DNA of 50,038 nt from Parcubacteria group bacterium (GTDB taxonomy: Bacteria; Patescibacteriota; Patescibacteriia; Buchananbacterales; UBA6539): contig NYZP01000023.1 in assembly GCA_002687175.1 (NCBI GenBank), forward strand, positions 1 through 50,038, read 5' to 3'. The notes under the pieces are model-generated. The model ran no database searches, was not told the DNA's origin, and saw nothing but the letters and a program-made list of their open reading frames with translations. The translations under genes were made by a program, and so were the position numbers. Of the stretch, positions 31,022-37,566 are shown one piece after another (position 1 is the first letter of the stretch; each line of letters begins with the position of its first letter).

Positions 31022-31227
31022 AAAAAAAGATGGGACTTATACCGAATGCTTAATATTCGATACAAATCCCATCTTTATTGGTTTCCCAATATGTACTTTT
31101 TTTTAGGAGGAGCACACCTCCTTAACATGACGTATTTGCTTTACTGTATGAATTTTACCTAGGCGTTTTTAGTGAGGTCGGCCATCCTCAGTGATAATTC
31201 CCCTACAGCAACTATTTTTTAACTTAT
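31022..31227 (-). ncRNA. candidate leader/ncRNA ending in a terminator
   Basis: On the minus strand, TTGACA (31257-31262), N17, TAAGAT (31234-31239). The transcript would end at the hairpin AAGATGGGA...TCCCATCTT (31027-31075) plus U6. Confidence 0.25.
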
Positions 31228-31397
31228 AAAATAATCTTATCTTAACTTATACTACTTGTCAAATAAAAAACCCCTTGCGTGAAGACACTACACTCGACTG
31301 TAGAAAAATGGTATTATAAAAATATAATCCAAAACGCCCCTAATAATAAAATTAGAGACGTAATGGAACAGCTTCTAATAAGAAGCTGAAAAACTGT

Positions 31398-31808
31398 ACA
31401 AAACAGTCCTTTTATAGGGCTGTTTTTGTAATTCTAATGCCGTTGAAGGCACTAAAATTCCATCCTTGAGGTAATAGATAATACCTTTTCGGATGACCAC
31501 CTCGTATGGTGGCTTCAAGGTTCTTATTTTCATAAGTTCCTTTCTTTTATCCAGGTCTTAAAGTTGCCTGGCGTGCTACTAGCACCAGATTTCAAGATTT
31601 TCAGATTGGATAAAAGTAAAACCACCAAAGGCAGGCACCTCACAGACAATCTGGATTTGTTAAAACAAATATACAGCTTATCGGTGATGTTTGAGCACCC
31701 GATAAACCTTTCGGTCTAGCGAGGTGTCTCCCTTTGATGGTCTATCTCTGGAGATATAGAAACAAACCTGCCTTCCTCGGCTCAAAACGAGGAACAAACT
31801 TTAAAAGA
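31398..31808 (-). ncRNA. candidate structured RNA of about 400 nt, unknown family
   Basis: No ORF of 60 aa or more. A near-consensus promoter lies directly upstream. Many nested hairpins are present, plus a 20-nt long-range pairing of 31622-31641 with 31721-31740. A terminator-like hairpin lies at 31403-31423. Confidence 0.4.
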
Positions 31809-31815
31809 TAATTTA

Positions 31816-31843
31816 ATTATAGCAATATATAATTAATAGTCAA
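31816..31843 (-). promoter_or_regulatory. near-consensus sigma70 promoter
   Basis: On the minus strand, TTGACT (31838-31843), N16, TATAAT (31816-31821). Confidence 0.55.
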
Positions 31844-31856
31844 CAAGTTTTCTTGA

Positions 31857-31913
31857 TTCTCAAACCTAAATCTAACCCAGTCAAAAGTTCTGAACTTGTC
31901 CCGTATGCCCACC
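31857..31913. repeat. direct repeat R1
   Basis: ttctcaaacctaaatctaacccagtcaaaagttctgaacttgtcccgtatgcccacc. Confidence 0.85.
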
Positions 31914-31947
31914 TTGGCAATTGAGCTGTATTGTTCGAAGGCCGAGG

Positions 31948-31982
31948 AAAAAAAATCTCCCTGTTGCGGGGAGGTTTTTTTA
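31948..31982. terminator. bidirectional intrinsic terminator
   Basis: A8, then atctccc tgttgcg gggaggt, then T8. Confidence 0.7.
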
Positions 31983-32006
31983 TAAAATATTTTTTTAAGA
32001 ATTTTT

Positions 32007-32456
32007 TTAAGAATTTTTTTTCAATTTATAAAGCGGGTAAAGACTAACAAGATGAATGACAAAAAAATACTTTAGCTGTAAAGGAATATATTCAACATAT
32101 GCTGTGTTGAAAGAAGATACTAAAAAGTACGCCGAATATAACAAAAAAATTAATAAGACAACTGGAAAAATCCATCTCTTATATTTAATAATGTTGATTC
32201 CTATAATTATATTAATTATTGAATAGGCTATAAAAATTAAAGGCATTACTGGAGAATCAATTTTTGGATTATCCTCCAGTGCTAAATCCGACAAGAAGAA
32301 TTCTCCAAATATAATCAATAATTGTAAAATGCTAACCAGTATCCAATAAATAGATGGCACAATGAAACCTAAACCAAGGAATACTTTTAGACTTTTTTTA
32401 GAGTCTATCTTGCTTGATTTAAGTTGAGGGTTTGGTTGTCTTTTTGTATCTAGCAT
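32007..32456 (-). CDS. membrane protein, hypothetical
   Basis: 149 aa with about 4 TM helices. A TATAAT lies about 10 nt upstream of the ATG, suggesting a short or absent leader. Confidence 0.55.
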   Translation of the reverse strand: MLDTKRQPNPQLKSSKIDSKKSLKVFLGLGFIVPSIYWILVSILQLLIIFGEFFLSDLALEDNPKIDSPVMPLIFIAYSIINIIIGINIIKYKRWIFPVVLLIFLLYSAYFLVSSFNTAYVEYIPLQLKYFFVIHLVSLYPLYKLKKNS

Positions 32457-32511
32457 ATTTTATATTATACTTATTATCCCATACTATTCACTAAAATCAA
32501 ACCTTCCATAT

Positions 32512-32566
32512 TTTCAAACCTAAATCTAACCCAATCAAAAGTTCTGAAACTGTCCCGTATGCCACA
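32512..32566. repeat. direct repeat R2
   Basis: tttcaaacctaaatctaacccaatcaaaagttctgaaactgtcccgtatgccaca. Confidence 0.85.
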
Positions 32567-32569
32567 CAA

Positions 32570-32815
32570 TTTAGAACTTTTCCCAATGCGCGTCGCTCCG
32601 CGACGAATTCAGACGGAACTGGTGCGCCGAAGCGCGCGGATTTGTCACGAACCAAGGGGTTCGTTCCAAACTTTTTGACGAAGGAGCTGATTTCCTTTAA
32701 ATCTGCGGATGATGTCAAAAAGTTGGCTTGCGCCGACCCGAACGAAGTCGCAAAACGCCGTAGCGGAAGCGACACCACATAAGCAGAGATGAAAACGAGG
32801 AGAGGGGTTGTGCGA
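32570..32815 (-). other. G+C-rich, hairpin-dense block of unknown nature
   Basis: The composition contrasts sharply with the flanks. Minus-strand hairpins are GCGCGC-UUCG-GCGCAC, ACGAACC-CCUU-GGUUCGU and CGUCGC-GGA-GCGACG. Confidence 0.4.
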
Positions 32816-33056
32816 GACAAAGTTCTCCTTCAACCCCAGGGGCACGACATCTAGGACAATTCATAGGTAGTGTTTCCTTAGGTTTCACCTCATCATCTTT
32901 AGGTTTTGATATTACTCTAAGACACTTTTGACAAAGTTCTCCTTCAACCCCAGGGGCACGACATCTAGGACAATTCATAGGTAGTGCTTCTGAGTCCTCA
33001 TTATCATCAGCTAAATCAAAATTTTCAATACCTCCACTGATTTCTCTGCTTATCAT
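32715..33056 (-). CDS. small zinc-ribbon protein with internal duplication; 3' end uncertain
   Basis: MISREISGG...LPMNCPRCRAPGVEGELCQKC...LPMNCPRCRAPGVEGELC, after which the frame runs into the G+C-rich block. Confidence 0.4.
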   Translation of the reverse strand: MISREISGGIENFDLADDNEDSEALPMNCPRCRAPGVEGELCQKCLRVISKPKDDEVKPKETLPMNCPRCRAPGVEGELCLAQPLSSFSSLLMWCRFRYGVLRLRSGRRKPTF

Positions 33057-33139
33057 ATAATTATATTTATAATTTACTTATTATAATCATATTATATCAA
33101 AAAACTACCTATAATCCCACCATTTCCTCAAATAATCTA

Positions 33140-33219
33140 TTCTCAAACCTAAGTTTTACCCAATTAAGAGTTCTGAACCCTTCGACTTCGCTCAGGGCAG
33201 GCGTGTCCCGTATGCCACC
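33140..33219. repeat. direct repeat R3 (with a 25-nt G+C insert)
   Basis: ttctcaaacctaagttttacccaattaagagttctgaac[ccttcgacttcgctcagggcaggcg]tgtcccgtatgccacc. Confidence 0.8.
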
Positions 33220-33245
33220 TGGTAAAACTTTAATTGTAGCCTAAA

Positions 33246-33896
33246 TTATTTTGTCAGCTTAATCGCCTTCTTTTTTATTGTCCGATAACTTAAAACAATA
33301 AAAATAAACACTCCGATACCACCAATGATTTGCAAATTGATTGGCAGCTTAACCGAGTAGGCAAAAATGTAGGCAAATGGCGCCACGCCGATTAGCGTAG
33401 CGAAAAAATAAGACCACCAATTCATCTCGGTAAAAAGACCAAGGGCATAGCTTAGTAAGTCAACTGGTAAGATTGAGCGAAGAAATACCACACTCCAAAA
33501 CAAATTACGTTTGGGAATCATCTTACTCATTCTTTTAATCTGCTCGGTTTTAAAAAGCTTTTTAACAAACCGCTTGCCGCCCCATTGGGCTAAAATAAAA
33601 GCAATCATCCCCCCAATGGTCCAGCCAATAACGCTGGTGGTCGCCGCCCAAAAACTACCCCACAAGGCCACGGCAATTGGCAACAAAGGAAAAGTACTGA
33701 CCGGAGCAATCACCACCGCCACTACAGTTATTAAAACGTAATACATTATGCCGTTTACTCCTTGAAGATATACCATCCCCTCAAAAAAATCAGCATATTT
33801 TAAAGAAAAATACGAACTAAAAATAAAAATAATTATTATCACTAAGATAATAATTGCTTCTTTGCTAAATAACCTTTTCTTTTTTTGAAACATCAT
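33246..33896 (-). CDS. TVP38/TMEM64 (DedA/VTT) family membrane protein
   Basis: 216 aa, polytopic, with a family-like layout. Confidence 0.7.
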   Translation of the reverse strand: MMFQKKKRLFSKEAIIILVIIIIFIFSSYFSLKYADFFEGMVYLQGVNGIMYYVLITVVAVVIAPVSTFPLLPIAVALWGSFWAATTSVIGWTIGGMIAFILAQWGGKRFVKKLFKTEQIKRMSKMIPKRNLFWSVVFLRSILPVDLLSYALGLFTEMNWWSYFFATLIGVAPFAYIFAYSVKLPINLQIIGGIGVFIFIVLSYRTIKKKAIKLTK

Positions 33897-33899
33897 CCC

Positions 33900-35342
33900 C
33901 TATTTTTTTAAACGCTTGCGCAGCTTAGTGTGGGATTCTTGTAGGGCGGTCATTAAATTACTTTCATCAATTAAACTGTGAACTCTATTTGATATTATAA
34001 ATTGTCCGTCAATCATTAAGTCCCGAATATTTCTTCCACCATGGGTAATCATGTTTCCAACTAGGCTAACAGGATTACTTTCATTGTATGGCATGAATCC
34101 CCGGTCGCGCAGCTTCCAAAATGACAGATCAGCTTTATAGCCCGGCATAATTTTTCCTAACTTTTCCAGCTTTAAAATATTGGCCGCCTGAGAAGTCATC
34201 ATTTTAAATAGATCTTCATAGTTTACACGGTGGGTGGCATTGTGCATAATCCGTGCTTGCAAGGCTTCAGACAAAAGATCCAAACTATTTTTGGAAATAA
34301 CGCTGTCAGTACCTAAACAAATCTGTTTGTCCGCTTTATATTTTACGAATAAGGGATATTTAAAATTACCACTTTTGTGAAGCTTATTGGAAGTTGGCAA
34401 ATGAACAATGCCAATTTTGTGTTTTTTTACCAGTTTAATTTCTTCATCGGAAAAATGAACGGCGTGAGACAAAATTGTATTGGAATTAGCCAGACCTAAA
34501 TCTACCAAAGCTTCAACGGTTCTCTTACCATATTTCTCTACACACTGCTGAACCCATTCTTCATTTTCCGCACTGTGCAAGGTAAGTAAAACTTTATACT
34601 TTTTAACCAGCTGTTTTATTTTCTTTAATTGATCTGGTGAAGCCCGATGAACATAATGAATTGAAATCGCCGGTTGAGAAAAATAATTTTTTCTTTTTGC
34701 TAAAATTTTGGCCACCATCTCTGGCGAATTTTTTGGGTGGGAATTAGATACTGCTGAAATGGCGTTAATCACCCGTTGCCTAGTTAACTTAGCTGCCTCT
34801 TCAACCGGATCAAAGACTCCGTAATGACTCAAAGTGGTAGTAATGCCATACTTTTGTTCTTCGGTAAAATCGCCAACCGCCCCCAGAAAAAAATCTTGAT
34901 TATTCATCTTAGCCTCCAACTCTGCCATTTTTTTTACCTGATCAACCACATTACCTTTATCTAAAGTCATTGAAGAACGCAAAAGATACATCGGTGGATG
35001 AGCATGGGCATTAATAAACCCGGGGGTGACTACAATACCACTTCTTTTTGAGGCATCGTAAATTAGATCAATCTTATTTATCGGAATGGATTTTTTATTT
35101 ACCGGAAACACCTCTTTAATTTTACCGTCCACAATATAGATGGAACGATTCGCTTGAACTTGAAGTTTATTTTTAGAATCAGTAGTGATGACAAATGTTG
35201 CCCCATGAATTAAGATTCTCTTTACTTTTTTGGGATGACCCAGGGCAGTATACCTACTGCGATTCTTACGCTTGGCATCATAATCAACCTCTTCACTTAA
35301 AATATCAGTGATAGTTTTATTCTTTTTAATATTAGCATTCAT
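33900..35342 (-). CDS. amidohydrolase-family metal-dependent hydrolase (deaminase-like)
   Basis: 480 aa with the GFINAHAHPPMY HxH motif. Confidence 0.75.
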   Translation of the reverse strand: MNANIKKNKTITDILSEEVDYDAKRKNRSRYTALGHPKKVKRILIHGATFVITTDSKNKLQVQANRSIYIVDGKIKEVFPVNKKSIPINKIDLIYDASKRSGIVVTPGFINAHAHPPMYLLRSSMTLDKGNVVDQVKKMAELEAKMNNQDFFLGAVGDFTEEQKYGITTTLSHYGVFDPVEEAAKLTRQRVINAISAVSNSHPKNSPEMVAKILAKRKNYFSQPAISIHYVHRASPDQLKKIKQLVKKYKVLLTLHSAENEEWVQQCVEKYGKRTVEALVDLGLANSNTILSHAVHFSDEEIKLVKKHKIGIVHLPTSNKLHKSGNFKYPLFVKYKADKQICLGTDSVISKNSLDLLSEALQARIMHNATHRVNYEDLFKMMTSQAANILKLEKLGKIMPGYKADLSFWKLRDRGFMPYNESNPVSLVGNMITHGGRNIRDLMIDGQFIISNRVHSLIDESNLMTALQESHTKLRKRLKK

Positions 35343-35380
35343 ATTTTTATATTAACTTAAATTTATGATATAATCAATTT

Positions 35381-35542
35381 ATGACTGTTAAATTAAGTGA
35401 CGTAATTCCTAAAGGAGATTTTGTCAAAATCGGTATACTGATAATAATTTCGGTTATTTGCTGGGTTTGGGTTTGGCGGGAATACCAAAAACCCATTATT
35501 CCTCCGGAATGGGAACAACAACTAAAAGCCGAGAACGTCTAA
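35381..35542 (+). CDS. small membrane protein (53 aa), not in the ORF track
   Basis: MTVKLSDVIPKGDFVKIGILIIISVICWVWVWREYQKPIIPPEWEQQLKAENV. TGATATAAT lies just upstream and a terminator lies downstream. Confidence 0.4.
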   Translation: MTVKLSDVIPKGDFVKIGILIIISVICWVWVWREYQKPIIPPEWEQQLKAENV

Positions 35543-35556
35543 ATTATAAAATAAAC

Positions 35557-35588
35557 AAAAAAGATCCCCTGTCTGGGGATGTTTTTTA
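35557..35588. terminator. bidirectional intrinsic terminator
   Basis: A-run, then atcccc tgtct ggggat, then gtttttt. Confidence 0.65.
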
Positions 35589-35636
35589 ATGGAGCGGGCC
35601 GCCAAAGGCGAGCCTCGCTTCTTAATAAAAATGTAA

Positions 35637-35711
35637 TGGAGCGGGTGACCGGATTCGAACCGGCGATCTCTTCCTTGGCAAGGAAGCATTCTACCACTGA
35701 ACTACACCCGC
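35637..35711 (-). tRNA. tRNA-Gly(GCC), CCA encoded
   Basis: GCGGGTGTAGTTCAGTGGTAGAATGCTTCCTTGCCAAGGAAGAGATCGCCGGTTCGAATCCGGTCACCCGCTCCA. Confidence 0.92.
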
Positions 35712-35753
35712 TTGGGTAAATTAGTATATTGATTTTAATGAATAGCTTTGTCA

Positions 35754-35823
35754 TGATAGCTTCCTTGATAAGGAAGCATTCGGACCCTGTCCCGATGGAT
35801 ATCGGGGACTGAACTACACCCGC
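35754..35823 (-). pseudogene. tRNA-Gly 5'-half look-alike G1 (anticodon-position triplet ATC)
   Basis: GCGGGTGTAGTTCAGT[CCCCGATATCCATCGGGACAGGGTCC]GAATGCTTCCTTATCAAGGAAGCTATCA. No T-arm or 3' acceptor strand follows. Confidence 0.75.
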
Positions 35824-35866
35824 AAAATATGAATAAATAAACTAATTGTAACAAATTGCTTAATAA

Positions 35867-35936
35867 TGATGGCTTCCTTAGTAAGGAAGCATTCGGACCC
35901 TGTCCCGATGGATATCGGGGACTGAACTACACCCGC
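35867..35936 (-). pseudogene. tRNA-Gly 5'-half look-alike G2 (triplet ACT)
   Basis: Same architecture and the same 26-nt insert as G1. The anticodon loop is TTACTAA. Confidence 0.75.
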
Positions 35937-35979
35937 TGGGGTTTAATAAAATATACAATTGAAATGAATAGATTAAGGA

Positions 35980-36058
35980 TGATAGCTTCCTTGGCAAGTA
36001 AGCATTCGGACCCTGTCCCGATGGCGATCGGGAACTGAACCAACCAAATCATGCCCGC
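35980..36058 (-). pseudogene. tRNA-Gly 5'-half look-alike G3 (triplet GCC, degenerate acceptor)
   Basis: GCGGGCATGATTTGGTTGGTTCAGTTCCCGATCGCCATCGGGACAGGGTCCGAATGCTTACTTGCCAAGGAAGCTATCA. Confidence 0.65.
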
Positions 36059-36105
36059 TTGAGCTACAAAAAACAGTATAGCAAAAATAATAAAAAAATC
36101 AAGTG

Positions 36106-36567
36106 CTAGTTCCTTAGTTGGTATAAAGCAATACCAGCAGCCGTCGCAACGTTCAATGAATCTTTTTTACCCAGCATTGGTATGGTAATTATGTCATCAG
36201 CTAATTCAATGGTACTCTGATTAACACCAGTAAGCTCATTACCAACAATCAAGGCAAGAGGAAATTTTGGCTTAAATTTTGGTAAAGCTTTATTTTTCTC
36301 ACCAGTCTCTAAAACAACAATTTTAACACCTTGCTTCTTTAATTTTTTTATTAAAGTATTGGTCTGTCGTTTTCGCTCCCAATCTATCCACTCCTCTGCT
36401 CCTAAAGCGGTTTTAGAAATTTGATCTCGTGGCGGAAAACCAGTATAACCACAGAGATAAATTTTGGTAACATCAAAAACATCAGCTGTCCGAAACATCG
36501 AACCGACATTGAACAGACTCCTAACATTTTGTATAATTAAATAAATTTCCTTTTTCTTTATTGACAT
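36106..36567 (-). CDS. SPOUT (SpoU/TrmH-TrmL-like) RNA 2'-O-methyltransferase
   Basis: 153 aa with NVGSMFRTAD, LIVGNELTG and SLNVATAAGIALY. Confidence 0.8.
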   Translation of the reverse strand: MSIKKKEIYLIIQNVRSLFNVGSMFRTADVFDVTKIYLCGYTGFPPRDQISKTALGAEEWIDWERKRQTNTLIKKLKKQGVKIVVLETGEKNKALPKFKPKFPLALIVGNELTGVNQSTIELADDIITIPMLGKKDSLNVATAAGIALYQLRN

Positions 36568-36623
36568 ATAGACTTTTTTATCTTAATATAATTAACGATT
36601 GTCGACAAGAATACCTGCCCTTT

Positions 36624-36680
36624 CAGTTAACTCGCCGTAGACAGCTTTGCTGTCGACACGCTGGACTTAAAGATTTAGTT
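36624..36680 (+). pseudogene. tRNA-Leu(UAA) 5'-half look-alike L2 (decayed)
   Basis: ...cagttaact[cgccgtagacagctttgctgtc]gacacgctggacttaaa|gatttagtta. Confidence 0.55.
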
Positions 36681-36750
36681 AGATATGTTTAATCAAGGTC
36701 AGTAAAGATAGCCGAAGGCAGATATACAAAGCAAAAAAATCAGTAACTAT

Positions 36751-36797
36751 GCCCAGGTGATTGGAACTCGCCGAAGGCGGACACGCTGGACTTAAAG
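36751..36797 (+). pseudogene. tRNA-Leu(UAA) 5'-half look-alike L1
   Basis: gcccaggtgattggaact[cgccgaaggcg]gacacgctggacttaaa. It diverges from the true gene after the anticodon. Confidence 0.7.
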
Positions 36798-36811
36798 ATT
36801 TAGTTAAACAT

Positions 36812-36899
36812 GCCCGGGTGGTGGAACTGGTAGACACGCTGGACTTAAAATCCAGTGGATGTATAATCCGTGCGGGTTCGAGTCCCGCCCCGGGCACCA
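36812..36899 (+). tRNA. tRNA-Leu(UAA), class II, CCA encoded
   Basis: GCCCGGGTGGTGGAACTGGTAGACACGCTGGACTTAAAATCCAGTGGATGTATAATCCGTGCGGGTTCGAGTCCCGCCCCGGGCACCA. Confidence 0.9.
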
Positions 36900-36917
36900 A
36901 TTAATAACTGTAAATAT

Positions 36918-37139
36918 ATGTCTGAAAAAAACAATGGGGGAAGAGGCTCCGAATACCACGGCCCTGAAGATAAAATTCCTGAAGGTTTGGAAGAAGGTAT
37001 TGATGGCCTTCTTGATAAAGCTAAAACTAGTGAAGCTGGCAAAGAAACCCCGGAAAAAGAAATGACCGAGCTTGAGTTTAAAGTTGACCAAAGGGTTTGG
37101 ATGTTAAGAAATAATAAAGGGAAAAAAGGGTCTATCTAG
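36918..37139 (+). CDS. acidic hypothetical protein, possibly the 5' part of a frameshifted gene
   Basis: MSEKNNGGRGSEYHGPEDKIPEGLEEG.... The ATG at 36918 lies after the tRNA; the ORF-track start at 36870 lies inside the tRNA. Confidence 0.45.
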   Translation: MSEKNNGGRGSEYHGPEDKIPEGLEEGIDGLLDKAKTSEAGKETPEKEMTELEFKVDQRVWMLRNNKGKKGSI

Positions 37140-37246
37140 ATTTTGGTTGGACAATAACCGAAATAGATGATGATAAAATTATTGCAACAAAGAAAAATCT
37201 TGGTCCTGAAGGTGGTAGATTTAAAAAAGATAAAACAAGACAAGAG

Positions 37247-37486
37247 ATGATAGATATTCAAAATTTAGAAGGAGATTTTGACATTGACGAAGAAGCGGTT
37301 GAAAAAGAAATTTTATTTTTAGATGAAGATAGAATAGCTAAAAATATTGACTGGAAATCGGCAGTAATAATGGAAAAAGATGGAATAACAGAATACGCTG
37401 AGACGGATAAACGACAATATATGGAAGAGAATCAACGAAGAAGATCGCAACTGGTTAAATTGCTAGAAAAAAATAACCCAACTTAA
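37247..37486 (+). CDS. hypothetical protein; its frame is open upstream to 37118
   Basis: The -1 frame relative to 36918..37139 is open from 37118, and the overlap contains an A6 run (37122-37127). Confidence 0.45.
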   Translation: MIDIQNLEGDFDIDEEAVEKEILFLDEDRIAKNIDWKSAVIMEKDGITEYAETDKRQYMEENQRRRSQLVKLLEKNNPT

Positions 37487-37566
37487 CAAGTTACTAGAAA
37501 ATTAATAAGTTACAAAAAATAACCTGCTTAAGGTTGTTTTTTTATGCCTAAAAATGTAAGATAAAG

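Larger units (their letters stand above)
25967..33225. mobile_element. integrated element (prophage/plasmid-like island); boundaries approximate
   Basis: A serine integrase sits at the edge next to guaB. All genes are co-oriented, tiny and unrecognisable. There is a phage-type NPGGRPK protein and a wHTH Rep-like protein, plus non-coding structured RNA. Housekeeping genes resume at 33246. Confidence 0.55.

Noticed and set aside
32497-32845. Track ORFs 32497..32820 and 32645..32845.
   Set aside because: They run through the G+C-rich block and through repeat R2. Stop-free frames are expected in G+C-rich DNA, and no start context is present.
32816-32986. The 57-nt duplicate as a DGR template/variable repeat pair.
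   Set aside because: The copies are identical, with no adenine-specific differences. No reverse transcriptase or accessory gene is in the window.
35754-36058. The regular 113-nt periodicity as a possible CRISPR array.
   Set aside because: The repeat part is about 70 nt and tRNA-derived. The spacers are themselves homologous to each other, and no cas genes are present. It is a tandem duplication, not a repeat-spacer array.
35539-37091. Track ORFs overlapping the tRNA genes and their look-alike arrays (35539..35754, 35856..36038, 36679..36900, 36804..37091, 36845..37042, 36859..37065).
   Set aside because: They are explained by the tRNA-derived repeats. Peptides such as GPCPDGYRG simply translate the hairpin inserts.
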